Below are positions 10,326-19,205 of a stretch of DNA of 64,000 nt, in pieces. Position 1 is the stretch's first letter, and each line of letters begins with the position of its first letter. Made by a program: the position numbers and the translations under genes. This DNA is from an uncultured Acidobacteriota bacterium (GTDB lineage Bacteria > Acidobacteriota > UBA6911 > RPQK01 > JAPXNP01). The stretch is taken from NCBI GenBank assembly GCA_964524795.1, contig CAZGEH010000002.1, forward strand, positions 502,837 to 566,836, given 5' to 3'. The notes beneath the pieces were generated by a model that saw only the letters and a program-made list of their open reading frames with translations, did not search any database and was not told where the DNA came from.

Positions 10326-11714
10326 TTGAGGAAACGGGACATTTCACGCCGAACGTTCATGGGAGGGACTTTGGCTGCCGCCGCCTCCGCTTCTGCCGCA
10401 CCGCTGCCGGCGGCCGCGGTACGGCGCTACGCACAGGGACCGGCTCCCAGCGACAGGATCCGTGTCGGTTTCATCGGGGTCGGCAACCGGGGGACACAAC
10501 TGCTGAACGCTTTTCTGGGCTTCCCCGACGTGGAGTTGGTGGCGATCTGCGACGTGTACGAACCGTATCTTCACCGCCGCCTGGAGGATGTTGATCCGGT
10601 GGTCCGAGCTGAGGTCGGCCATTACATACCCCGGATGGGAGAAAAGTGGAGCGAACGTGTGGCGCGTTACCGGGACTACCGCCGGTTGCTGGAGCGCTCC
10701 GACATCGACGCCGTGGTTATCGCCACTCCTGATCACTGGCACGCGCTTCAGACCATCGACGCCTGCACCAGCGGCAAGGACGTGTACGTCGAGAAACCCC
10801 TGACGGTGACGGTGACCGAGGGGCGGCGGATGATCGAGGTGGCGGCTCAGACGGGTCGGGTCGTCCAGGTGGGGCTGCAACGCCGCTCATCAGAGGTGTA
10901 CGTCGGCCTGCCGGAACTCATCCGGGGCGGTGCTGTGGGGAAAGTTACGGTCTGCCGCGCCTATCGCGTCAGCAACATGGCGCCGGCGGGAATCGGCAGG
11001 AAGTCCCCCCAGGATCCGCCCCCGGACCTGGACTGGAATCTTTGGCTGGGGCCCCGCCCCTGGCGGCCGTACCAGAGCAACATCCATCCCTACCGCTTCC
11101 GCTGGTGGCAGGACTACTCCTCTCAGGTCGGGAACTGGGGGGTCCATTATTTCGACGTCATCCGCTGGGTGATCGGCGAACAGGCTCCCCGTTACATCTC
11201 GGCGGTGGGCGGGCGATATGCCATCGACGACGACCGGACGATTCCCGACACCATGGAGGTCACGTTCGAGTTTCCCGGCGGCGCCCTATTGACCTTCGGT
11301 CAGTATGAAGCCTGCGGGGGAGAAGTCGCTCAGGGAGAAATCGAAATCCGCGGAACCCGCGGCAACCTGTTGGTGAGCACAGTCTACGAGAAGGGGGCCG
11401 GATACCGCATCGAATCCTCGCCGGCCGGCCAGTTCGGAACGCCTGAAGCCGCCCGGGAACACCGTCTGGTCACCGAGGAGACCGACTCCACCCCCACCCA
11501 TGTTCGAAACTTCCTGGACTGTGTCCGGACCCGGCAGACCCCGGCATGCCCGCTGGAAGAGGGACATCGTTCCACAACCTTCGCCTTGCTGGCCAACATC
11601 GCGCTGGCCACCGGCAGCCGGTTGGAGTGGGACGCAGAAAACGAAAAGGTCATCCAGCCGGCAGACGCCAACCGTTGGCTGAGCTACCGGTACCGGGACC
11701 CTTGGCGCGACTGA
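10326..11714 (+). CDS. Gfo/Idh/MocA-family oxidoreductase, Tat-exported
   Basis: TTG start with a GGAGATGA-like RBS. Twin-arginine signal RRTFMGGTLAAAASASAA. NAD-binding GFIGVGNRG. MocA C-terminal domain. Confidence 0.8.
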   Translation: MRKRDISRRTFMGGTLAAAASASAAPLPAAAVRRYAQGPAPSDRIRVGFIGVGNRGTQLLNAFLGFPDVELVAICDVYEPYLHRRLEDVDPVVRAEVGHYIPRMGEKWSERVARYRDYRRLLERSDIDAVVIATPDHWHALQTIDACTSGKDVYVEKPLTVTVTEGRRMIEVAAQTGRVVQVGLQRRSSEVYVGLPELIRGGAVGKVTVCRAYRVSNMAPAGIGRKSPQDPPPDLDWNLWLGPRPWRPYQSNIHPYRFRWWQDYSSQVGNWGVHYFDVIRWVIGEQAPRYISAVGGRYAIDDDRTIPDTMEVTFEFPGGALLTFGQYEACGGEVAQGEIEIRGTRGNLLVSTVYEKGAGYRIESSPAGQFGTPEAAREHRLVTEETDSTPTHVRNFLDCVRTRQTPACPLEEGHRSTTFALLANIALATGSRLEWDAENEKVIQPADANRWLSYRYRDPWRD

Positions 11715-11727
11715 GCGAATCCAGGCG

Positions 11728-12642
11728 TTGACCGAGAGCAGGGTGCCGGCGCAAGCGAATCGACAAGCGCCAGCAGGCGGGGAGGGAAGCGTGCCCAAGA
11801 GCAGCGAGGAAGAGCGGTTGCAGGCGATCCTGTCATCGCCCAGCTATCGACTGGTGGAAGAGGATACGGAGTTTCTGGCCCGCGACGAAGCGCGTCCGGT
11901 GCGTCTGTTGTTGGAGCTTCTGAAACCGGAGATCTACTTCGCCGAGGAGAAGATTCATTCCACCGTCGTGGTGTTCGGCGGGACCCAGATTGTCGAGCGT
12001 TTCCGGGCGGAGCAGCGCTTGCGCCGCGCCGAGGAGGCGCTGGCGGTTTACCCCAACAACCCCAGCCTGATCCGGGAGGTGGAAGTCGCCCGCCGGATCG
12101 TGGCAAAATCGCACTATTACGACAAGGCTCGCGAGTTCGCCCGGATCGTGGCGACACAGTCCGCCAAAGAGCCACCGCACAGCTACGTGATCGTGACCGG
12201 AGGGGGTCCGGGCATCATGGAGGCCGCCAACCGGGGAGCCTTCGAGGCCGGTGCCAAGTCCATCGGCCTCAACGTAACCTTGCCCGCCGAGCAGCGTCCC
12301 AATCCCTATCTGACTCCCGGACTGTCCTTCCGTTTCCGTTACTTCGCCCTGCGCAAGATGCACTTTCTGCTGCGGGCCAAGGCCTTGGTCATTTTCCCGG
12401 GTGGGTTCGGTACCCTGGACGAGCTCATGGATGCTCTGACCCTACGGCAAACCAACCGGATGCAGGACATCCCCATCATCCTCTTCGGCAAGGAATACTG
12501 GGATCAGGTGGTCAACTTCCGGTTCCTGGCGGACGAAGGCACGATCGAGGATCGCCATCTGGAACTGATCCAGTATACCGACGACCCGGCGGAGGCCTGG
12601 CGGCTGATCGTCACCTATCACGGGAACCGGGAACACTCGTAG
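11728..12642 (+). CDS. LOG-family protein (long form; TIGR00730 Rossmann fold)
   Basis: GGGPGIMEAANRGA and the PGGFGTLDEL motifs. Confidence 0.8.
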   Translation: MTESRVPAQANRQAPAGGEGSVPKSSEEERLQAILSSPSYRLVEEDTEFLARDEARPVRLLLELLKPEIYFAEEKIHSTVVVFGGTQIVERFRAEQRLRRAEEALAVYPNNPSLIREVEVARRIVAKSHYYDKAREFARIVATQSAKEPPHSYVIVTGGGPGIMEAANRGAFEAGAKSIGLNVTLPAEQRPNPYLTPGLSFRFRYFALRKMHFLLRAKALVIFPGGFGTLDELMDALTLRQTNRMQDIPIILFGKEYWDQVVNFRFLADEGTIEDRHLELIQYTDDPAEAWRLIVTYHGNREHS

Positions 12643-12699
12643 AAGCTGCCGAGGTAGCTGGAGCCCGGGTCTCGAGGCTAAACGGCCGTGTGTCGGAAT

Positions 12700-12966
12700 C
12701 TACCTCAGGGCTTTGCCCAACATCCGGCGAAACCAGGATACGCCGGCCTGCTTCTGTTCCTCTTCCCACCGTTCCAGCTCCTGCTTGCGGGCCAGCTTCA
12801 TGAGGAAGGCTTCGCCTTCCCCTTCGTGACAATGCTTGTACTTGCGGCCGCTGCCACAAGGGCAGGGCTCGTTGCGCCCCACCCGCAAGCTCTTCTTCGG
12901 AGGGATCTCCACCGTACGGCGAAGCGGTATTTTTGAACTGGCGGCGGTCCGCCCTAGTCGAAACAT
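12700..12966 (-). CDS. SEC-C-motif small protein
   Basis: [17 protein letters not shown] metal-binding motif. RBS caGGAGtcccc precedes the ATG. 88 aa with a charged helical tail. Confidence 0.55.
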   Translation of the reverse strand: MFRLGRTAASSKIPLRRTVEIPPKKSLRVGRNEPCPCGSGRKYKHCHEGEGEAFLMKLARKQELERWEEEQKQAGVSWFRRMLGKALR

Positions 12967-13088
12967 GGGGACTCCTGTTCAGCCGGAACGTTCATTTCTG
13001 AAAGGCCACCATTAAACAACCTTGGGGCCCCAGTTGTCGAGGGCGTGGCCCTCCATGCCTCCCTCCACGTACTGTCAAGAGTCCTCGG

Positions 13089-13349
13089 CTATTCAGCCGC
13101 CAACTTGTTGATGGTTTTGTAGTCGAGCTTGGTGTCGTCGTCCCGCTCCTTGCCGGTGAACTCGTACTTGACGGGGTCGGTCTTCGCATTGACCCGCTCG
13201 CCGAAGGGGTGGTAGTGAAGTCGCGTCCCGGCGATCGCCTGGCCCGAGGCGTTCGACTTGACCCGCACCGTCCCCAGAGGGTCCGTGTGCAGCCACAGCG
13301 CCGGCGGGCCCATTCGCCGACTTCGTGGGTTCGGAAGACACCTTCTCAT
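13089..13349 (-). CDS. orphan RHS C-terminal fragment (core end plus a 14-aa tail)
   Basis: ATG at 13347-13349 with GGAGAT 8 nt upstream. Encodes MRRCLPNPRSRRMGPPALWLHTDPLGTVRVKSNASGQAIAGTRLHYHPFGERVNAKTDPVKYEFTGKERD, identical to the RHS core end at 16.6 kb, then a divergent short tail DDDTKLDYKTINKLAAE. Confidence 0.55.
   Translation of the reverse strand: MRRCLPNPRSRRMGPPALWLHTDPLGTVRVKSNASGQAIAGTRLHYHPFGERVNAKTDPVKYEFTGKERDDDTKLDYKTINKLAAE
13130..13313. repeat. duplicated RHS core-end segment (near-identical to 16582-16765)
   Basis: About 170 bp essentially identical. ccttgccggtgaactcgtacttgac...gtgtgcagccaca is found in both places. Confidence 0.85.
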
Positions 13350-13445
13350 CCTGGATGATCTCCGAGCGTGTCGTGGTCCTCCCCCGCAAGCGTCAGACTC
13401 ACCAAGGTCGTTTTGCGGAGTCAACGAAAATCGGTTCGACCCTTC
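13330..13445. repeat. leader/5'-end repeat, copy A (homologous to 19081-19205)
   Basis: About 75-80% identical to the region spanning the AraC-like gene's RBS, ATG and first 8 codons. Shared core AAGCGTGTMGTSGTCCTCCCCCGCA...GGAGTCAACGARAATCG. Confidence 0.7.
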
Positions 13446-13964
13446 GCCGTCCTACGGCGGCGGAGTTCCGCCACCCTGGCGCAGGCGCAGGCACCGTTCC
13501 CATCGCGGGCACAGCGGACCAGGCCCGGGCGTCCCCCCCGGATCTCAACCGGATTCAACGCAAAGACGCCAGGGCGCAACGAGGCTGGAGATCGGGTTGC
13601 CAGGCGTGCTTGCGGCTTGGCGGCACAATCCGGGCTGGGGCCCGCGGTAGCCCGGGCGTCCCGCCCGGGTTGGACGGTCGGCGCCGGCCGTCCGTGCCCC
13701 GCACCCGATGAAACCGCGTCGAATGCGTGTCCGAGCCCGGGCGCAGCGGGCGAGGCCTCCCGCCTTCCTCCAGACTCCCGTATTCCGTTTCCCTTACGAG
13801 CGCGACCGGTCGTACGAGCACCGGAAAAGACGGAAGCAAGCTTTCGCACTTCCATGAGAAGACCCGTTGCCCCGCGTCTTTGTAGCTGGTCGGAATGCAC
13901 GGTTGCCTGTCCGGACCAGACCCCCTTGAGCATCGTGTTTTCAAGCCCGATCATTTCACTCGTG

Positions 13965-14070
13965 GTGGACGCGCGGACACCCCTTCTGCGGCGCGCCCCC
14001 CGTTTCTGGCTGGTGGTTTGGCGAACTGCCGGTTAACGCGCTGATCCGGCGCGAGGGCGAAGCCCGCTTT
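13965..14070. repeat. approximately 90-bp direct repeat R1 (pairs with 14445-14535)
   Basis: cacccYttctgNNggcgcgcc...ccgtYtStggctg...gttaacgYgctgatcYggcgYg, about 75% identity. Same orientation, about 480 bp apart. Confidence 0.6.
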
Positions 14071-14444
14071 ACAGCCGCTCTTCTTTGTGCGGTCTGCCGG
14101 CTCGGGTTCCTGAACCTGAGTCCCCCACCCGTCACAGACGGCATCGCACTGGGCCGCAAGCCTTACCATCCCCTCGATAAACTCATCGCCGAGAATCTGC
14201 TCCGGCACAATCAGCGCCCCGGCGATGATGTTGCGAAGCGCGAGTGCCCCTGCCAGAGTTGCCATCGCCTGCAGCGTGGAATCGCGACCCGATGCCGCTT
14301 TGAGCAGTACCCCGCGCCACCACCCGGTGAGCCGCGTCCCCAGCGACCGCCCGCAAAATGAGTTGGATCAACAGCGCTAAGCCGCTCGGAACAAAGACGT
14401 TCACACCTGCGAACACGCCGTTCGCATACGCCAACCCGCGCGGG

Positions 14445-14535
14445 GGTGACGTGTCACCCTTCTGTCGGCGCGCCAGCGCCGTCTGTGGCTGATGCCGTTA
14501 ACGTGCTGATCTGGCGTGCGGCAAGGCCGCCAAAG
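14445..14535. repeat. approximately 90-bp direct repeat R2
   Basis: See R1. Lies immediately 3' of the minus-strand gene 14543..14920. Confidence 0.6.
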
Positions 14536-14542
14536 TGACCGT

Positions 14543-14920
14543 TCAAGTCACCCAGATGGTGCTGATGCCCTCGATCCTGAACTCAAGCGACTCCGGGCTG
14601 CCGCTGCCCGTTCCGAGAATAGGCACTACAAGGAGCACACCATCGTCGAAACCGATGGAAACTGACTGCTCGTTTACCCAGGTGTCGGCGACGGTCCGAC
14701 CGATTCGCATACACAGTTCGTGCCGGAAGAGTGCAGACGCCCAGTTAAGATCATGGCCGGCTACCCGAAGAGTCGGATGGGCATAAGCATTCAGGCCTGC
14801 GCTGCGATCGGCTGATTCAAAGTCGAGTTGGACGTAATCGTGGATAAACTGAACCGAAGTCAGCTTCTGTCCCCTGGCTTTGAGCAGGGCCTGCTCAAGT
14901 GACATGTCACTGGGATTCAT
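14543..14920 (-). CDS. hypothetical protein, candidate orphan immunity protein
   Basis: 125-aa globular-looking ORF in the toxin/immunity gene string. Lower GC than surroundings. No recognised domain. Confidence 0.45.
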   Translation of the reverse strand: MNPSDMSLEQALLKARGQKLTSVQFIHDYVQLDFESADRSAGLNAYAHPTLRVAGHDLNWASALFRHELCMRIGRTVADTWVNEQSVSIGFDDGVLLVVPILGTGSGSPESLEFRIEGISTIWVT

Positions 14921-14971
14921 GGGCGCTGCCCGTATTCTTCGTGGACCCAGCGAGTTGAAGGCCAGGCGAGG

Positions 14972-15343
14972 CTATACTTTGAGCAGAGACTCATCGAACC
15001 ACACATCGACGTAATCGCCAGCAACCAGGAATCGGCACCCAGGCGGCAACCCGAGGAACCGAAGCGCCTCTGGGCAACGTTCAAGCAGGTGTCGCGTGTG
15101 CAGCGGCTCAAAAAAGTCCGGCTCCTGTGAAAGTTCTTCACCACACCAGATGTAGCAACCGTTCGTGTCTCCAGCAGGGGGATGTCGCATGCCGTTGATC
15201 GGAACTTTGCCCTGTGTTCTGATCGCGAAGCCGAGCTTCGATTCCAGATCAGCTGGGACGTAATCGTAGCCCTTCTCCTCGCACAGCGCCCGCTGGACCG
15301 AAGAGATATTCGAACTAAGAAGCGAAGAGGGCACAGCCAGCAT
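14972..15343 (-). CDS. hypothetical protein, candidate immunity protein
   Basis: Internal ATG of ORF 14972..15547. Conserved-looking C-terminal region (GCYIWCGEEL...FEPLHTRHLLERCPEALRFLGLPPGCRFLVAGDYVDVWF). Overlaps the upstream gene by 29 nt. Confidence 0.45.
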   Translation of the reverse strand: MLAVPSSLLSSNISSVQRALCEEKGYDYVPADLESKLGFAIRTQGKVPINGMRHPPAGDTNGCYIWCGEELSQEPDFFEPLHTRHLLERCPEALRFLGLPPGCRFLVAGDYVDVWFDESLLKV

Positions 15344-15821
15344 TCTGTTCCTCGGCAGCTGAGCAGCCGATATACGCATCAAGCTTCTGATCTCTCCGGG
15401 AGAGCTTTTCGGCCAGCTGCAAGACCTGTTCCGCCAACTGTAGGAAGTCCTGAGGCTTGTTAACCCACTGTCCATCCCCGCCATAAAAGCCCTTTTGAAA
15501 ATACAATCGTCCCCGTCTGAGGATCTTCCCGTCGTAAAAGCCACCATCCAGTTCCACCACCGGCGATCGCGTCTCGTCTACGACCCAGTACCCTTGGGTC
15601 GGAACAGGACGAAGCACAATTTTCCCGAGATCCTGCATTCGCGCGAGATACCCGAAGCTGCGGAGGCCCTCGGCATTCTTGCTGACGGTCGACGTAATCG
15701 GCTCGGCGCGGTCCGCTGGATGGCGATGAGCGACTACAAGGGCGCCAAGCTGTTCTTTAACGACCTTCTCCAACGCTTGAACGTCGTCTGGGCTGAAATA
15801 AATGTGGATCTGACGGCCCAT
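15315..15821 (-). CDS. hypothetical protein, candidate cognate immunity protein of the RHS toxin
   Basis: Starts 9 nt after the RHS toxin stop on the same strand. 168 aa, lower GC, no recognised domain. Confidence 0.5.
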   Translation of the reverse strand: MGRQIHIYFSPDDVQALEKVVKEQLGALVVAHRHPADRAEPITSTVSKNAEGLRSFGYLARMQDLGKIVLRPVPTQGYWVVDETRSPVVELDGGFYDGKILRRGRLYFQKGFYGGDGQWVNKPQDFLQLAEQVLQLAEKLSRRDQKLDAYIGCSAAEEQNAGCALFAS

Positions 15822-15829
15822 TGGAATCC

Positions 15830-18390
15830 TCAGTTGTACGGGTGATAATCGACTTTCTGCTTCTTGGCGCGCTCTATGTCTTCTATCCCTCGCCTCTCGC
15901 GGGATACCGGTTGGCCACCCTTTGTTTGCTTCCCAACCTGATGGATCTCCACGATTTTTCCGTTAGCGTCCCTGGCCACAACATCCGCGTACCGTTTCTG
16001 CTTGTTGCCACCAGGAGTGTCGATGCGGACTTCGTTTTGAGCAGTGAGGCCGCGGCCCTCAACATTCGCGACCACATCATCAACCTTCGCTTGGTGAGCT
16101 GGTCCACCCTTCGTCCCAAAAGGATTGGGCACCAGCTTGTTTGCATCGGCGGCTGTGTCTGTTGCCCGAACAGCATCGACGACGTTGTCACCACGATTCA
16201 GTGCGCCTACAACGTCCGCTGCATTCTCCGCGATACGGCCCGCTTTGATTAGCGCACCGGCGCCGCCAGGGACAAATGGGACCACGGCTGCGGCTGAGTC
16301 TACAACGACGCCCACTGCATCAAGGGCCGCAGACCCATAGCTTCCCGACCGAATGTTATCGACGAATGACTTGACGCCCAAGCCGATGTTCAGGACATCC
16401 CAGGCGGTCTCGATAGCTTCTCCTGTCCGGTCCACATACTTCAGCGGGTTGTTGCGGGTGGAGCTGTACAGGTTCCAACTTTGCGGATCAAGCGGCATCT
16501 GATCCGCGAACGGCTTATCCGGGGATGTGAAGCGTCCCTGAGCACTTGAGAGGTAACGAGTACCGAACCAATCTAACCCAGTCTCCGCATCCCGTTCCTT
16601 GCCGGTGAACTCGTACTTGACCGGGTCGGTTTTCGCATTGACCCGCTCGCCGAAGGGGTGGTAGTGAAGTCGCGTCCCGGCGATCGCCTGGCCCGAGGCG
16701 TTCGACTTGACCCGCACCGTCCCCAGAGGGTCCGTGTGCAGCCACACCGTCGACGGATTCATCGCCGCCGTGTTCGTAAACACCAGCTTCCCGTTGAAGT
16801 AGAGATTGAAGGTCTCCCACAGGGTCGTGTACTCCCAGACCGGATTGCCCAGCGGATCGTAATCGTAGTACCGCGTCTGACCGCCCGCCGTCTTCTTCAC
16901 CCGCCGCCCGTGCCCGTCGTCCGCGTAGGTCGCCGTCGCCGCCCCGCCGGTTGCCTTCATCCGGCTCTCCGCATCGTACTGGTAGGTCATCGCCCCCCGG
17001 CCCGTCCAGGCGTCGGCCGGCTCCGCCGTCAGCTTCCCGGCGTTGTCGTACGTGTAGCCGCTCGACGAGATCCGGTTCTTAGAGTAACTCCCGGTCAGAA
17101 AAGAGAGCGGCTTGTGCGGTCCCGCGCCCGTGGCCGCCTGGCTCCTGTTCCCCCAGCGGTCGTAGGTCATCTCAAGCAGGACCGAGCCCGGCCCGCTCGA
17201 GGTCTCCAGGCGGTTCAGGTAGTCGTAGGTGTACGTGAAGTTGCCGTTGGTCTCGTACGTGTCGGTCACCTGGAACACGTTGCCGTTGTTGCGCCCCGAC
17301 AGGCCCGAAAACGAGGCCCCGAGGTTCAGCACCCCGGGCACCGTCCGCGCAGTCGGCTGCAGCCGCTGGTCGTACGTGACGGTTTCGACCGTGCCGTTGC
17401 CGAAGCTTGTGGTCTCCTGGGCGCTGGTCGCGTTGTAGACCATCGTGTAGCCCGTCACCATCTGCTGCCAGGCCGTCCCCCCCGGCCCGCCGCTCGGGTG
17501 ATTGCTCCACCAGGCCGACGTCTGCCGTCCCTGGTGGTCGTAACTTCACCAGATCCCCAGCGGCGTGCCCGCGTAGTCGTAGATCCCGGGCCAGGCCGCC
17601 TTCTTGATCCCGCCCAGGTGGTTGTAGGTGTAGTTCGCCGTCACCGCCGGCCGGGGAGCGGTCGTGCGGACGATCGAAGAGATTCGCCCCATCGCGTCGT
17701 ACTGACAGCTTTCGCTTCCCGCCCCGTCAGTCATGCCCGTCAACCGTCCCTTGCCGTTGGTCGACGACGTCGAGTCGTAGCTGAAGCCCACCGCCGGGGT
17801 GGCGTCCGAGTACGTCTTGCCCGAAGGCCGGTTCAGCCCGTCATACCCCGTCCAGTCCGTCACCACCCCCCGCGCGTCGGTCCGCCGCGTCAGGTTCGAC
17901 GCCGCGTCATACAGACAGGATGCCGTACCGGAGGCGGAAGTGGCGGGCCCCCACTCGGGATGGGTTTCCTGAGTCAGCCGGCCCAGTGTGTCGTAGACGA
18001 AACTCCGACTCTGCGCGCCCTGGACCACCCCGGTCAAGTGGTCCAGGGCGTCGTAGGCATACGTGGTCGTATACGCGTTGACGGTCAGGGAGCCCGTGGT
18101 TTCGTTCGGTTCCACCACCGAACTCACCCGGCCCAGGGCGTCCCGGACCGTGCGGCGCGGATTCAGCAGTTGGTCGGTCACCGTGGTCTGGTTGCCCCGG
18201 TAGTCGAAGGTGACGAACTGGCCGTCCGGGGTCGTGGTCCGGGTGACCCGGCACAGCGCGTCGTCGGTGGAGGTCGTCCAGCGCGTGAAATTCGAGGCCG
18301 CCGGATCGGCTGGCGAGGCCGTCAGCGAGCGGGGATTGCTGGTCCGCCACCGCGATCGCCGTCCCCAGACGCAACCTCCTGACGCTCATC
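15830..18390 (-). pseudogene. RHS repeat protein, 5'-truncated and interrupted by an in-frame TGA (17546-17548); C-terminal polymorphic toxin tip
   Basis: YD/RHS repeats (YDALDHLTGV, YDTLGRLTQ, YDAAS, YDAMGRIS, YQYDAESR). RHS core end LHTDPLGTV...YHPFGE...FTGKERDAETGLDWFGTRYLSSAQGRFTSPD. Then about 200 aa of divergent, lower-GC C-terminal domain. The frame opens only at about 18390, directly after a TGA TGA pair, with no N-terminal half. A single TGA separates ORFs 17546..18181 and 15830..17461 in the same frame. Confidence 0.75.
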
Positions 18391-18541
18391 AAACCCGTTG
18401 AATTCCACTCCATCGCACCCCCTTTTGCCGGGCTCTTCCGGAGCCCGCACAGGTCAGAGTCGCGCAATCCCCCATCGGTTGCATGACTCTCCAAGACCAG
18501 GCCCGCGGTCGTTTTCGGGACAGTGTAGGGAATCGGAGGCG

Positions 18542-18612
18542 GAAAAATCGCAGCAGTTTGGCCCGAAAAGCGAGCAGTTCGGCTCGAAAAACGAGCAGTT
18601 TGGCCCGCCCAC
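18542..18612. repeat. three tandem 21-bp direct repeats (GAAAAnCGAGCAGTTYGGCYC)
   Basis: Copies at about 18542-18565, 18566-18586 and 18587-18607 with an exact 21-bp register. Located between the AraC-HTH gene stop (18613) and the first sense codon of the RHS frame (about 18390). Confidence 0.7.
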
Positions 18613-19098
18613 CTACCGCGAGGGGTGCCGGCCGCGGCGACAGGCTCCTGGACAGTGGCCCACAACCCGTTTGAAATGCCGGCTCAGGTTGCTGACATGG
18701 TTGAACCCGGTGGACTGCGCTATCTTTACCAGACTGTCGTCCCGACCAAGCATCAGTTCGACGGCCCGCAGCAGGCGATAACGCGTCAGCAGTTCGTGGA
18801 ACGACCAGCCCATCGCCTCGCCCCGGCGGGCGTTGAGCCGGCCGCGGCTGATCCCGCACCGGCGCGCGGCCCGCTCGAGGGTAAGGCTCTCGTCAGCATA
18901 TTCGGTGCAGATCAGCTCCCACAAGGCGGCCAAATAGCGCCGGTAGCCGAGGCGCTCCTCGATCTCGACCAGCGTCCACCCCAAAATCGCCCCCTCCATG
19001 GCCGCCTCCGGCGGGAACCCCAAGGGGGGCTTGTCAGCAGGATCGAGGAGGTCGGGAACATGCGGCGACTTCGCGGGGCCGGCAAACACCGTCTTCAT
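18613..19098 (-). CDS. AraC-family transcriptional regulator, stand-alone HTH domain (161 aa)
   Basis: Two AraC-type HTH units (LTLERAARRCGISRGRLNARRGEAMGWSFHELLTRYRL...IAQSTGFNHVSNLSRHFKRVVG). ATG at 19096-19098 with GGAGAG 10 nt upstream. No N-terminal ligand or dimerisation domain. Confidence 0.7.
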   Translation of the reverse strand: MKTVFAGPAKSPHVPDLLDPADKPPLGFPPEAAMEGAILGWTLVEIEERLGYRRYLAALWELICTEYADESLTLERAARRCGISRGRLNARRGEAMGWSFHELLTRYRLLRAVELMLGRDDSLVKIAQSTGFNHVSNLSRHFKRVVGHCPGACRRGRHPSR

Positions 19099-19205
19099 CT
19101 TCGACGATCTCTCCAAGCGTGTAGTCGTCCTCCCCCGCACGTGTCAGATTAACCGAATCGATTCCCCGGAGTCAACGAGAATCGCTTCGGAATAACACCC
19201 GGACC
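19081..19205. repeat. leader/5'-end repeat, copy B
   Basis: See copy A. Contains GGAGAG plus ATG (19096-19098) of the AraC-like gene. A third short match AAGCGTGTCGACA lies at 19322-19336. Confidence 0.7.

Noticed and set aside
17546-17548. TGA as a possible selenocysteine codon
   Set aside because: No SECIS-like hairpin is evident immediately downstream. The W*S context sits in a YD-repeat region where Trp is expected, so a TGG to TGA change is more parsimonious.
16658-18382. 574-aa plus-strand ORF antisense to the RHS gene
   Set aside because: Extremely Arg/Pro/Gly-rich with no domain. It is antisense to well-supported YD-repeat coding sequence.
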